From assembly GCA_023473545.1 (NCBI GenBank), contig JAMCXO010000013.1, positions 1 to 44,209 of the forward strand: 44,209 nucleotides of DNA, in the 5' to 3' direction. Origin of the DNA: Patescibacteria group bacterium. GTDB lineage: Bacteria > Patescibacteriota > Microgenomatia > Levybacterales > UBA12049. Position 1 is the stretch's first letter. Each line of letters opens with the position of its first letter. The position numbers and the translations under genes are program-made. A model generated the notes under the pieces. That model searched no databases, was not told the origin of the DNA, and saw only the letters and a list, made by a program, of their open reading frames with translations. This document shows positions 29,086 through 38,213 of this stretch, in pieces.

Positions 29086-30294
29086 ATGAGGTACTCGTAT
29101 AAGGGAGTGACAAAAGACCAGAAAACAATTCAAGGCATAGTTGACGCGCAAAACAGGGAAGAGGCGGCGCTTTCCCTTAGGACCAGAGATATTCTCCCGA
29201 TCAGAATTGACGCGAAAGAAGAAGAAAAATGGGAAAAGTATCTTCCTTTTTTTAAAAAGAGGGTAGGGTTTTCAGAGGTTGTTTTTTTCACGAGGCAGCT
29301 TTCTTCGATGATCGGATCCGGTCTGACCCTGATGGATTCTCTGCGTATTCTTAAAGAACAGGTTACGGGCGAGGCGATGATAGCCATGATTAACGGCATA
29401 ATCAATGACGTGGAAAACGGAAAACCGTTTTCCGCCTCAATCGCCCAATACAAGGATGTTTTTTCTCCCATTTATGTTTCGCTTATTAAGGCGGCGGAGG
29501 TTTCCGGTCTTTTAGACAAGGTGCTTAAGAGGCTGGCGGACAATCTGGAAAAACAGCAGAAATTAAGAACCACCGTTAAGGCGGCCCTGATGTATCCGGC
29601 AATCGTTGTGATCGGCATGATAGTGGTGATGGCGATTATGATGATTTTTGTTATTCCCCAGCTGTCGGTGCTTTATAACAGTTTGAACGTTACCCTTCCC
29701 CTGCCCACCCTAATCGTGGTTAGCATTTCGACCTTCGCGATAAACTTCTGGCCAATTGTCTTGGGCACGATAGCCCTTGTTATTTTTGCCTATAAAAGAT
29801 GGAGGGCCACAGAAGGAGGGCTCTATATAATTGACAATTTTCTTTTAAGGATTCCCATTTTCGGAGAAATCACAAGGGATTCCATACTAACCGAATTTTC
29901 AAGAACCTTTGGGCTTTTGGTTGGCAGCGGAACATTGGTTGTTGACGCCTTAAATCAGGTTTCAAACACCACCGGCAACGTGCACTATAAAAACGCGATC
30001 CTCAATGTTTCAAGAAGGGTTGAAAAAGGGGTGAGCGTTGGGGATGCGATGAGTGCCTATCCCCTTTTCCCCCCGATTCTTGTCCAGATGGCAAAAATAG
30101 GAGAAGAGACAGGAAAACTTGACGAGTCGCTTCTTAAAGTGTCTGAGTATTTTGAAAGAGAGCTTGACCAAAGGGTAAAAACCCTGACAACCGCCATGGA
30201 GCCTTTTATTCTGGTTGTTTTGGGGATAGGCGTCGCGTTTTTGATCATTTCCATAATAACGCCTATTTATAGTATTATGTCTTCAATCAAATGA
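29086..30294 (+). CDS. pilC: type IV pilus platform protein (PilC/GspF)
   Basis: FFTRQL, AAEVSGLLD, ALMYP, IGEETGKLD, TTAMEP; three TM segments. Confidence 0.95.
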   Translation: MRYSYKGVTKDQKTIQGIVDAQNREEAALSLRTRDILPIRIDAKEEEKWEKYLPFFKKRVGFSEVVFFTRQLSSMIGSGLTLMDSLRILKEQVTGEAMIAMINGIINDVENGKPFSASIAQYKDVFSPIYVSLIKAAEVSGLLDKVLKRLADNLEKQQKLRTTVKAALMYPAIVVIGMIVVMAIMMIFVIPQLSVLYNSLNVTLPLPTLIVVSISTFAINFWPIVLGTIALVIFAYKRWRATEGGLYIIDNFLLRIPIFGEITRDSILTEFSRTFGLLVGSGTLVVDALNQVSNTTGNVHYKNAILNVSRRVEKGVSVGDAMSAYPLFPPILVQMAKIGEETGKLDESLLKVSEYFERELDQRVKTLTTAMEPFILVVLGIGVAFLIISIITPIYSIMSSIK

Positions 30295-30374
30295 AGGCTT
30301 AAGTAAAAAACTTATAGGATATTGACAAGTAAAAAAAAATATGGTTTGCTATTTATAGGCAGAATTTATTTTAA

Positions 30375-31142
30375 ATGAAAATAGTTTCTAAAACCCGAAA
30401 ACATCTTTTTCTCTCCAAGGGCTTCACCTTAATTGAACTTTTAATCGTCATCGCCATCTTGGGTATTTTGGCAACCGCTGTCCTTTCGGCCATAAACCCT
30501 GTCGAGCAGATCAACAGGGGTAGAGACACGGGAACCCAATCTGACGCGGAGCAGCTTCTAAACGCTATTCAAAGATTTGATGCCAGTAAGGGGTATCTGC
30601 CGTGGCAGACTGGGGCGAGTGATTCCATATTAGGCACCGGGTCTGGATGTTCAAGCAGCTCCTGCACAGGCTTTACAGGTATTGTCGGCGGCGGTACGCC
30701 AGCCTATGATCCGGCTAATTCAACATCTCCTACGGCTCCAACTTTCGCAAGCGGCTACGCAAGCGCTTGGACAGTTGACGGAGTTGCTTTTGATAGCACC
30801 GCAACGGTGGGAGGGGTTGGAAGCAGCGTATTGGATGTGTTGGGTTCGGGTACAGGAGGGGAACAAGAGCTCTTGAACTCTTTTTTGCAGAGGATTACGG
30901 CGCCTGGATATAACACACTGTATGTTTTCAATGATGGAGCGACAGGAGCTTCTACCTATGTGTGTTTTGTTCCTCAATCAAGTTCCTTTAAACAAGCGGC
31001 TCTAACAAGATGGAACGGGGGAACCAGTTGCGGCGGGTCTACGTGCACAACCAAGGGGGTTCCCACGGACTTAACCTCACAGGGAACGTTGTTGCTCGGC
31101 TCAGGTAGCGACAATAAAAATGCCCTCGATTGTCTTCCGTAA
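30375..31142 (+). CDS. type IV prepilin, probable major pilin
   Basis: G/FTLIELLIVIAILGILA...INPVEQ..RGRD; own upstream TTGACA; Gly/Ser/Thr-rich body with Cys pairs. Confidence 0.85.
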   Translation: MKIVSKTRKHLFLSKGFTLIELLIVIAILGILATAVLSAINPVEQINRGRDTGTQSDAEQLLNAIQRFDASKGYLPWQTGASDSILGTGSGCSSSSCTGFTGIVGGGTPAYDPANSTSPTAPTFASGYASAWTVDGVAFDSTATVGGVGSSVLDVLGSGTGGEQELLNSFLQRITAPGYNTLYVFNDGATGASTYVCFVPQSSSFKQAALTRWNGGTSCGGSTCTTKGVPTDLTSQGTLLLGSGSDNKNALDCLP

Positions 31143-31173
31143 GCACGTTTTTCCTCCCCGAGTTCTGTCCTTG

Positions 31174-31821
31174 TTATTTCCTTTTTGGCATAAACCGCAG
31201 GTAGAGAATGAATCCTGTTAAAATAATAAGGGGTATGATAAGCAGGATAAAATAACCGTGATGTCCGTGAAGCAATTTCAGTATCCTTGGTCCGAGCCTC
31301 TGCCCAAGAGAAAGATAAAAAAGAATCCAGAAGACAACGGAAACAAAAGTGCTTAGAATAAATGTTCGGTATCTAACCTCTGACATACCCGAGAAAATAG
31401 TGATCGGAATCCGAAAGCCCGGTATATGGCGGCCGAATATGATCACCCACACACCGTATTTTCTAAATTTTCCCTCGACAGTTAACAGTTTTTTCTCATT
31501 CAGATGAAGGTATTTCCCGAATTTTAAAACAATGGCCTGTCCATAGACCGCGGACAAATAATACAGGATTGAGGCGCCGATCACCACAGATAAAAGCAGC
31601 AGGGCAAAGGCAAGGGCGTAGGAAATCGCTCCTTTTGAAACAAGATAGCCGGCATAGGCTATATCAATATCCCCGGGAATGGGCAGGGGAACACCCGCTT
31701 CTTCCAGAAGAAGCGCGAGCATTGGGGCGAATATACCGTTATGAACGATAAATGCCCCCAGCCAGTCAGTGAAGGGGTCAATCTGGTTAAGTTCAAAAAA
31801 CGGGAAAAAATGATTAAACAT
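31174..31821 (-). CDS. DedA family membrane protein
   Basis: EEAGVPLPIPGD, IFGRHIPGFR motifs. Confidence 0.9.
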   Translation of the reverse strand: MFNHFFPFFELNQIDPFTDWLGAFIVHNGIFAPMLALLLEEAGVPLPIPGDIDIAYAGYLVSKGAISYALAFALLLLSVVIGASILYYLSAVYGQAIVLKFGKYLHLNEKKLLTVEGKFRKYGVWVIIFGRHIPGFRIPITIFSGMSEVRYRTFILSTFVSVVFWILFYLSLGQRLGPRILKLLHGHHGYFILLIIPLIILTGFILYLRFMPKRK

Positions 31822-31887
31822 AACAGGCCGCAGATTTTATTCCTTATTAAAGCAGGTTTTATATAGTTTTGTCAAAAAAGACAAAGA

Positions 31888-33177
31888 CTAAAAGCGTAAC
31901 TCCCCTAGCCACTTCCAAAGTGGGATAAAATTAAGTGTTATATCCTCTGTGGTTGTTTCTTTTTCAATGTCCCAGGTTATAACTTTTCCAGATGAGAGAT
32001 GAAGTGATCTGGCGGCTTTTATTAAAGCCTTGGTTTCTCTCTCCGGCATATCCGGAAGCGTTTCCGCGAAGGTAACTTGAATAAGTTCCTCAACGGATTT
32101 GTTGTTCGTAACAACAAAATCCACCTCATTGCCGAAGTAATCTTTCCAGTAAGTTGTCTCATATCGTGGATCCCACACCGCACGTATATGTAATTTTTGA
32201 AAAACCGCTTGCTCTATCAAATGGCCGAGGTTTTCCGACAATCTAGTACTAAACTGCGAAGTAAAGTAATTGTCTATTAAGTAAGACTTTTTAACTGTTT
32301 GAATCCTTTCTCTAACACTTCCCGAGAATACTTCTACTCTTGAATGAAAATATGACCAGTCCAACCATTGCATGTAACGAATAACAGTTGCCTTGCTTAT
32401 GGTATGCCCCATACTCTTTAATGAGTTGGCCAGCTTTGAGTAGGTATAACTTATGGTATTTGGCAAAAGCCTGAGTAGGTCTGAAAATGCTTCTTTATTC
32501 CTTAAGTTGTACCTTTCTACTATATCCCGATCAACAAAGGAGGAGAAATAATCTGAGAGAATCAACGGGCGTAGTCCCTCATCTGCCAAGACTATCTCTG
32601 GCAGGCCTCCAAAGGTAAGATATTCTCTGAGCAGGTTGAGTATCTGAGCATGAATTAAACTGTTTTTATCTATTTCTCTAAATCGCAAAAATTCGTTCCA
32701 ATTGAGCGGAAATACAGGAACTGTTATGGTTTGACCACGCAGCTCTGTTGGAATCTCTCGTGAGGAAAGTTTCGAAGATGAACCCGATAAAATAAGTCGG
32801 TGTTTAGTGGTTTCATTTATTCGACGGGCCCAGGTGCTCCAATCTGGAATTTCTTGTATTTCATCCATCAAAATCACAAATGGTTCATTTCCTTTAAGCT
32901 CCACTATTGTCTCTATCAGGCGACTAAGCGTTTCTGTCTTCTTTGGCACTCTTTCGTCCTCAAAGTTTATATAGACGCATTTTTCTTTGCCATGCTTTTG
33001 AGCGAAATCCAAAAGCGTGAAGGTCTTCCCTGCCCTTCTGAATCCCACTACTGATATTATTTTCTTGACGTTAGGATCAAAATACGACATTAGGCTAACG
33101 TCTCTGGGTTTTATTGCCGGCAATGGGTCGCTCCACCATTTTTTGAGTAAATCATTCAAAACTTGTTTCATATTCAT
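31888..33177 (-). CDS. AAA+ ATPase of AAA_14/DUF4143 type
   Basis: GFRRAGKT, INFEDER, DEIQ, SGSSSKL, GGLPE, K.YLID, EVDFVV, IPLWKWL. Start placed 6 nt after TATCAT. Confidence 0.85.
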   Translation of the reverse strand: MNMKQVLNDLLKKWWSDPLPAIKPRDVSLMSYFDPNVKKIISVVGFRRAGKTFTLLDFAQKHGKEKCVYINFEDERVPKKTETLSRLIETIVELKGNEPFVILMDEIQEIPDWSTWARRINETTKHRLILSGSSSKLSSREIPTELRGQTITVPVFPLNWNEFLRFREIDKNSLIHAQILNLLREYLTFGGLPEIVLADEGLRPLILSDYFSSFVDRDIVERYNLRNKEAFSDLLRLLPNTISYTYSKLANSLKSMGHTISKATVIRYMQWLDWSYFHSRVEVFSGSVRERIQTVKKSYLIDNYFTSQFSTRLSENLGHLIEQAVFQKLHIRAVWDPRYETTYWKDYFGNEVDFVVTNNKSVEELIQVTFAETLPDMPERETKALIKAARSLHLSSGKVITWDIEKETTTEDITLNFIPLWKWLGELRF

Positions 33178-33292
33178 CTTTCTATGATACAATATTAGCT
33201 AAGATTGTTTTATAATATCATCATTATACAACAGTTGTCAACTTCGATTGTTTGACAAAGGTTAATTTTTGGTGTTTAATAAAAATGGATTT

Positions 33293-33496
33293 ATGCCAAG
33301 AATAATTGAAACAAATCCAAAAATTTTAGGAGGGCAGCCTGTTATAACAGGAACAAGGATCCCCGTGGCGCGAATTGTTGCTTTAGTTGTTCAAGGGTAT
33401 AAGTTAGAAGATTTTAAGAAAGAATATCCCTATTTAAATATAACCAAAAATGACCTTTTAACCATATTTAAGTATTATCAAAGGCAACTTGCGTAA
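33293..33496 (+). CDS. DUF433 family antitoxin-like protein
   Basis: IETNPKILGGQPVITGTRIPV...YP.L. Confidence 0.88.
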   Translation: MPRIIETNPKILGGQPVITGTRIPVARIVALVVQGYKLEDFKKEYPYLNITKNDLLTIFKYYQRQLA

Positions 33497-33626
33497 GAAT
33501 AAATCTCCCAGGAAATTACGGCGCAAATTTAGACTTTTGCTAGATTCAGCTTTTGCAAAGCCGGAATATTTTCCGAAACTTAGCAAGAAAGCAAACTTAA
33601 TTCACGCTGTTCATGATTTAGGTTAA
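33489..33626 (+). pseudogene. truncated DUF5615/PIN-like toxin partner
   Basis: TTG overlaps the DUF433 stop; MRKNKSPRKLRRKFRLLLDSAF...HAVHDLG* ends after 45 codons, 11 nt before pilD. Confidence 0.6.
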
Positions 33627-33637
33627 GTAGCTTTAAA

Positions 33638-34468
33638 ATGATTATCTTTTTTGTCTTTATTCTGGGTTTTTGCGTCGGTTCTTTTTTGAATGTCGTGATT
33701 GATCGTCTGCCAAAAAACGAGTCAATTATCAAGGGCAGATCGTATTGCGACTCGTGCGGGAAGAAACTTTTGTGGTACGACATGGCTCCGATCCTGTCTT
33801 TTTTCTTTTTAAGAGGAAAATGCCGTTTCTGTCATAAAAAAATCTCAATTCAGTATCCCCTAGTTGAGTTTTTGACCGGGATTCTGTTTGTTTTGACAAC
33901 CTTTTTCGTAGTCAATAATTTTCAATTCTCAATTTTCAATTCTCAATCAATTTTAAATTCTTTAATCCTTAATTCTTTATCATTAATCATTCTCTTATAT
34001 TATCTTTTTATAGTTTCTTCTTTGGTTGTTATATTTTTTACGGATCTTAAATATGGAGTTATCCCCGACAAAGTTGTTTTTCCCGGAATCCTGATTTCGC
34101 TGGTTTACCTATTCTTGATTCATAATTCATTATTGCCGATTCGTTTTATCGCCTCCGCCGGGGCCTTTTTGTTTCTTTTATTCCTGCATTTGATAACCCG
34201 GGGCAGGGGCATGGGCATGGGCGATGTTAAGTTTTCCTTTTTGATGGGGCTTTTTTTGGGCTTCCCTAAAATTGTTTCGGCTTTTTACATAGCCTTCTTG
34301 ACAGGAGCCGTTTTTTCTCTCATACTGGTTCTATGGAGGAAAAAGAAGTTTCGGGGCACGACGATTCCTTTTGGTCCTTTTCTGGTTTTTGGAACCCTAA
34401 CAGCCTTTTTCCTGGGAGAAAAATTCATCATAACAGGCGTTTTAAATCAGCTTACGGCTCTTTTCTGA
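33638..34468 (+). CDS. pilD: prepilin peptidase
   Basis: GSFLNVVIDRLP, RSYCDSC, RGKCRFC, YPLVE, FTDLKY, GMGMGDVK, PFGPFL. Confidence 0.95.
   Translation: MIIFFVFILGFCVGSFLNVVIDRLPKNESIIKGRSYCDSCGKKLLWYDMAPILSFFFLRGKCRFCHKKISIQYPLVEFLTGILFVLTTFFVVNNFQFSIFNSQSILNSLILNSLSLIILLYYLFIVSSLVVIFFTDLKYGVIPDKVVFPGILISLVYLFLIHNSLLPIRFIASAGAFLFLLFLHLITRGRGMGMGDVKFSFLMGLFLGFPKIVSAFYIAFLTGAVFSLILVLWRKKKFRGTTIPFGPFLVFGTLTAFFLGEKFIITGVLNQLTALF
33917..33990 (+). repeat. 7-bp-period AATTYTC repeat tract inside pilD
   Basis: AATTTTC AATTCTC AATTTTC AATTCTC (33917-33944), then degenerate units; encodes NFQFSIFNSQSILNSLILNS. Confidence 0.75.
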
Positions 34469-34992
34469 TTCCAAAAAAGGCATCAGGCGCGGGCGGATTT
34501 ACCCTGATCGAGCTTTTGGTGGTGGTTGCTATTTTGTCTCTTTTAACGGTTACTCTTTTGGTTACCCTTAATCCCCTTGTCCAGCTGCAAAAAGCAAAAG
34601 ACGGCGCAAGGAAATCGGATCTTGCCCAGATTCAAAGGGCCTTAGAAACCTATTATCAGGATCATGGCCGCTATCCCTCAAGCAACACAAGCTATCAGAT
34701 AATGGGCGATTCGGGTCCTGTTGGTTGGGGCAGTTCCTGGCAGCCCTACATTAATGTTCTGCCCCAAGATCCGGGCGGGAAAACCTATGTCTATTATAGT
34801 CCTTCTCTTGACAATGGACAAACCTATTATTTATATGCTAGTCTGGATAGAGGGGCTCAGGATCCGCAGGTTTGTCAAAATTTAAATTTGAGCACTGGAG
34901 AATGTCCGAGTATCGCGTCAAATGGTATTAAGCAGGATGCCTGCGGAGGGCCATGCGATTATGGGGTGTCGAGCCCGAACGTAAGCCCGTAG
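34465..34992 (+). CDS. type IV prepilin (GspG-like); start uncertain (CTG 34465 or ATG 34333)
   Basis: G/FTLIELLVVVAIL...NP..QLQKAKDGARKSDL..IQRALETYYQD.G.YP; C-terminal CDYGVSSPNVSP. Confidence 0.8.
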   Translation: MIPKKASGAGGFTLIELLVVVAILSLLTVTLLVTLNPLVQLQKAKDGARKSDLAQIQRALETYYQDHGRYPSSNTSYQIMGDSGPVGWGSSWQPYINVLPQDPGGKTYVYYSPSLDNGQTYYLYASLDRGAQDPQVCQNLNLSTGECPSIASNGIKQDACGGPCDYGVSSPNVSP

Positions 34993-35000
34993 GGGGAATT

Positions 35001-35504
35001 ATGAGCCAGGAATTAAAAATTAAGAAGAATGGGTTTACTCTAATAGAGCTTTTGATCGTGGTTGCCATCATCAGTATTCTGGCAGCGCTTTTGATGGCAA
35101 ACTTTATCGCGGTTAGGCAAAGGGCGCGGGACGCGCAGAGAAAAGCGGACCTTCGGCAAATGCAATCCGCCGCGGAAATGTATAGGTCTGACTATGGATC
35201 TTACCCGACAGCCATTCCCAACTGTTCCCCCTCCAACTGTTCCCAACAGGGTTGTTCTCCCCCTTCCTTAATGGATGCGAGCTGTACAAAACAGACATAT
35301 ATGGCCAGGGTTCCCCAGGATCCTGCGGGCTCGGGTTATTGGAATGGCGGCTATTACTGGTACACCTCAAACGGTTCGACTTACACGCTTGGCGCCTGTC
35401 TTGAAAACACAAATGATGGTGACCCGCATGACACTACGACAAATCCCGATCTCAACGAGGGAAATTGCCCAACCAAGTTCTATTTTGTTTTGACGAATCC
35501 ATGA
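35001..35504 (+). CDS. type IV prepilin (GspG-like)
   Basis: G/FTLIELLIVVAII, RARDAQRKADL, YRSDYGSYP, YTLGACLEN; AGGGGG RBS before ATG 35001. Confidence 0.88.
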   Translation: MSQELKIKKNGFTLIELLIVVAIISILAALLMANFIAVRQRARDAQRKADLRQMQSAAEMYRSDYGSYPTAIPNCSPSNCSQQGCSPPSLMDASCTKQTYMARVPQDPAGSGYWNGGYYWYTSNGSTYTLGACLENTNDGDPHDTTTNPDLNEGNCPTKFYFVLTNP

Positions 35505-35508
35505 TTTT

Positions 35509-36126
35509 ATGTCCTGCTGTTTTTTAGACACCCGACTTTTTAAAAAAAAAGGGTTCCCTGTCCCTCTCCAAGGTTTTACCCTGATCGAGCTTTTGGTTGT
35601 TTTTTCGGTAATGGCGATTTTATCAATTATCGGCATTGCCGCGTTTGTTTCCTATAGCCATGAGCAGGCGATTAATTCCGCGGTATTAGACGTTAAAAAT
35701 ATGCTTCAGACCGCCAGAGCCGATGCCCAGTCGCAGATAACAGTGGATAGCAACAATAATCCTCTCTGTGTGAATTCTTCTCTGGCCGGTTACAAGGTTG
35801 TTATCTGTGATTTGAGTCAATCCGGCTGTCCAAGCGGCAAAACGAGCGGCTATGAATTATATCCTGTCTGCTCCTCGGGCACTCCCGTGACCGTGCCGGT
35901 TAAGAGCAATGAACTGCCCCCAAACATATCATTTGACTCGACCATTAATTCCAATAATCCGACGGTCTCATTTATGTTTAACGTGCTTAACGGTTCTGTT
36001 AGCTTTTTTGATAAAAATGGCCTGCCTGAGGCCGTCCCATCGGAAGAAATCGGTATTAAAAGCGTTTATGACAGCAAGACAAGAATTATAACTATTGCTC
36101 CGGATGGTTCGATAAATGTTCAATAA
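35509..36126 (+). CDS. minor prepilin (FimT/GspH-like position)
   Basis: G/FTLIELLVVFSVMAIL, L..AR..A.SQ, C-terminal I.IAPDGSI. Confidence 0.82.
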   Translation: MSCCFLDTRLFKKKGFPVPLQGFTLIELLVVFSVMAILSIIGIAAFVSYSHEQAINSAVLDVKNMLQTARADAQSQITVDSNNNPLCVNSSLAGYKVVICDLSQSGCPSGKTSGYELYPVCSSGTPVTVPVKSNELPPNISFDSTINSNNPTVSFMFNVLNGSVSFFDKNGLPEAVPSEEIGIKSVYDSKTRIITIAPDGSINVQ

Positions 36127-36129
36127 GGT

Positions 36130-36669
36130 ATGGGAGAAAAAGGACAAACAATTATCGAGGCCTTGGTTGCTTTAGGCGCGTCGGTCGCCATTATTGCCGT
36201 TGTGGTAATTGCGGTAACATCGTCTTTAAATAATACCCTATACAATAAAAACCAGAATCTGGCAACCCAATACGCCCAGCAGGGAATGGAGATTGTGCGC
36301 CAGATTAGAGATAATAATTGGGCGGCCTTAAAGGACCTTGGCGGGAATCCCGCTAAATATTGTTTGGACGCCGGTCAAAAAACCCTGCAGCATCCCTCCG
36401 ACGATAAGGATTTAAGCTCTTCCGGCTGTGCGAAGCAAAGCCAAGGACTGAATCCTACTCCTTCTAATCTTCCTCCTTTTGCCAGGGAAGTTGATATTAA
36501 TTCTTCCTCCGCTGATTGTCAAACTACGGGTTTAAGGGTTACGGTGATCGTTTCCTGGACCGACGGCAAGTGCCCGACCAGTCCTTATTCTGATGTTTAC
36601 TGTCATAAAGTAGCCCTGAGTTCTTGTTTTTCCGATGTGGTGAATACCAATACCCTGCCGACACCATGA
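36130..36669 (+). CDS. minor prepilin (PilV-like)
   Basis: G/QTIIEALVAL, A..YAQQGMEIVR.IRD, VTVIVSW. Confidence 0.8.
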   Translation: MGEKGQTIIEALVALGASVAIIAVVVIAVTSSLNNTLYNKNQNLATQYAQQGMEIVRQIRDNNWAALKDLGGNPAKYCLDAGQKTLQHPSDDKDLSSSGCAKQSQGLNPTPSNLPPFAREVDINSSSADCQTTGLRVTVIVSWTDGKCPTSPYSDVYCHKVALSSCFSDVVNTNTLPTP

Positions 36670-37298
36670 AGTTAAAAATTACAAATTTCAAATTACAAAT
36701 TTCAAATTCTTTAGGCTACACCCTGATAGAGCTGTTGGCGGTGATGGCGGTTTTGGTGGTGGTGGGAGCGGTGGTGGGACAGATATTGTTTTCGGTCCTA
36801 AGAGGAAATAATAAGACGAATACGCTTTCAAGCGTTAATCAAAATGGCAGCTACGCGATTTCGCAAATGTCTAAGATGATCAGGAATACCCAATTTTTTA
36901 ACGGTGTCAGCATAGACGGCAGTACATATATTACGGATTGTGTTACTTCGTCAGTAGGAGCTTTAACACCTACCCCGACGCCTGAAACTTACAAATCTTT
37001 GAAAATAACGTCTTTTGATGGAGGCGAAACAATTTTTTCCTGTGATTTAGCCTCTAGCCCCCCGACCATTTCCTCAAACAGCGCTTCGCTTTTGGATACC
37101 AACGCGGTTGAGATTGATATGTCCTCTTCCAATCCCTGTTACTTTACCTGCTCGCAGGATAGTTTTTCCGGCTCAACCCGCATAGGAATACACTTTAGTC
37201 TTAAAGAGTTCTCTAATTCCGGGGTTACCCCGATTGAGGAAAAAAGCGCCTCCGCCGTCTTCGACACGTCTGTTATCTTGCGAAACCCTTCCAGATAA
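36666..37298 (+). CDS. minor prepilin (PilW-like)
   Basis: ATGA overlap with the previous gene; G/YTLIELLAVM, QNG.YA...M...IRN, C-terminal F.TSV.LRN. Confidence 0.8.
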   Translation: MKLKITNFKLQISNSLGYTLIELLAVMAVLVVVGAVVGQILFSVLRGNNKTNTLSSVNQNGSYAISQMSKMIRNTQFFNGVSIDGSTYITDCVTSSVGALTPTPTPETYKSLKITSFDGGETIFSCDLASSPPTISSNSASLLDTNAVEIDMSSSNPCYFTCSQDSFSGSTRIGIHFSLKEFSNSGVTPIEEKSASAVFDTSVILRNPSR

Positions 37299-37311
37299 TT
37301 TTATTGGGGTG

Positions 37312-37340
37312 TTGACAGTTAGGGGTGGGCTTGATAATCT
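37312..37340 (+). promoter_or_regulatory. internal promoter for the pilX-like/pilM/pilN/pilO genes
   Basis: TTGACA(37312)-17 nt-TAATCT(37335-37340) with TGn; ATG 6 nt later. Confidence 0.65.
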
Positions 37341-37346
37341 TTAAGT

Positions 37347-38210
37347 ATGGAGAAGGAAAAAGGACAAACGCTTCTAATCGTAGTGTTGGTTATGGTGATT
37401 GCCTTAACCGTTATTCTTTCTTTAGCCGCCCGCTCAGTCGTTAATCTCAGAAACTCCAACGAAGAGGCAAGTTCGCAGAAAGCGCTCTCCGCGGCAGAGG
37501 CCGGGGTGGAAGAGGCGCTTCAAAACGCCATTTGCGTCTCTTCATGTCCTACGGTTAGCGGTTCAATAAATAGTAATACCTTTAGCACTAATATAGAGAG
37601 CCTTCCTTATCCGTCCAAAGAATTTTTATTCAACAACGGTGATGTGGTCGCGAAAGACGACGGAGCCGATCTTTGGCTGATTGATCATAACAAGGACGGC
37701 AGTCTTAATTATGCCAGCGGCTGGCAGAGCGTGGGCGGGAGTCCCTCCCTAACCTTTTATTGGGGCACGCCCTCATCCGATGCTTGTTCCTCCGCCGCTT
37801 TGGAGTTAATAGTTTTATCGGAAAATAACGCTTCCTCCGATAACGGCGCTTCTGTAAAATCCGATAGGTATATCTACGATCCTTGTTCTTCCTCTTCCCG
37901 AAGACCGGGCAATAAATTTTCATCTCCCCTTTCGGGGGGAACTGTTGCCGGCCAGTCATTTAGCTACTCCGCGACAATAAATATTCCCAATAACTCCGGA
38001 ATCCTGGTTAGGGCTCTTCCCTACTACGCCAATTCTCCGATAGGGGTTGCGGCCGGATGCTCCACTGGCCAGAATTGTTCCCTGCCCTCCCAGGGGAACG
38101 CGATTACCTCAACCGGAACCTCAGGCAAGACCACAAGAAAGATTACTATTTTTAGGGGTTACTCGGAACTGCCGACTGAATTTTTTCCGTTTATTCTGTT
38201 CTCGCCTTAA
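37347..38210 (+). CDS. minor prepilin (PilX-like, lacks Glu5)
   Basis: G/QTLLIVVLVM, S.KALSAAEAGVEEAL, LPSQG..I.STG. Confidence 0.8.
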   Translation: MEKEKGQTLLIVVLVMVIALTVILSLAARSVVNLRNSNEEASSQKALSAAEAGVEEALQNAICVSSCPTVSGSINSNTFSTNIESLPYPSKEFLFNNGDVVAKDDGADLWLIDHNKDGSLNYASGWQSVGGSPSLTFYWGTPSSDACSSAALELIVLSENNASSDNGASVKSDRYIYDPCSSSSRRPGNKFSSPLSGGTVAGQSFSYSATINIPNNSGILVRALPYYANSPIGVAAGCSTGQNCSLPSQGNAITSTGTSGKTTRKITIFRGYSELPTEFFPFILFSP

Positions 38211-38213
38211 ACT

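Noticed and set aside
30331..35550. A9 tracts in the pilin promoter region (30331-30339) and a prepilin leader (35542-35550) as phase-variation switches
   Set aside because: Runs of 7-9 A/T also occur in housekeeping genes here (for example pyrB); no evidence of length variation.
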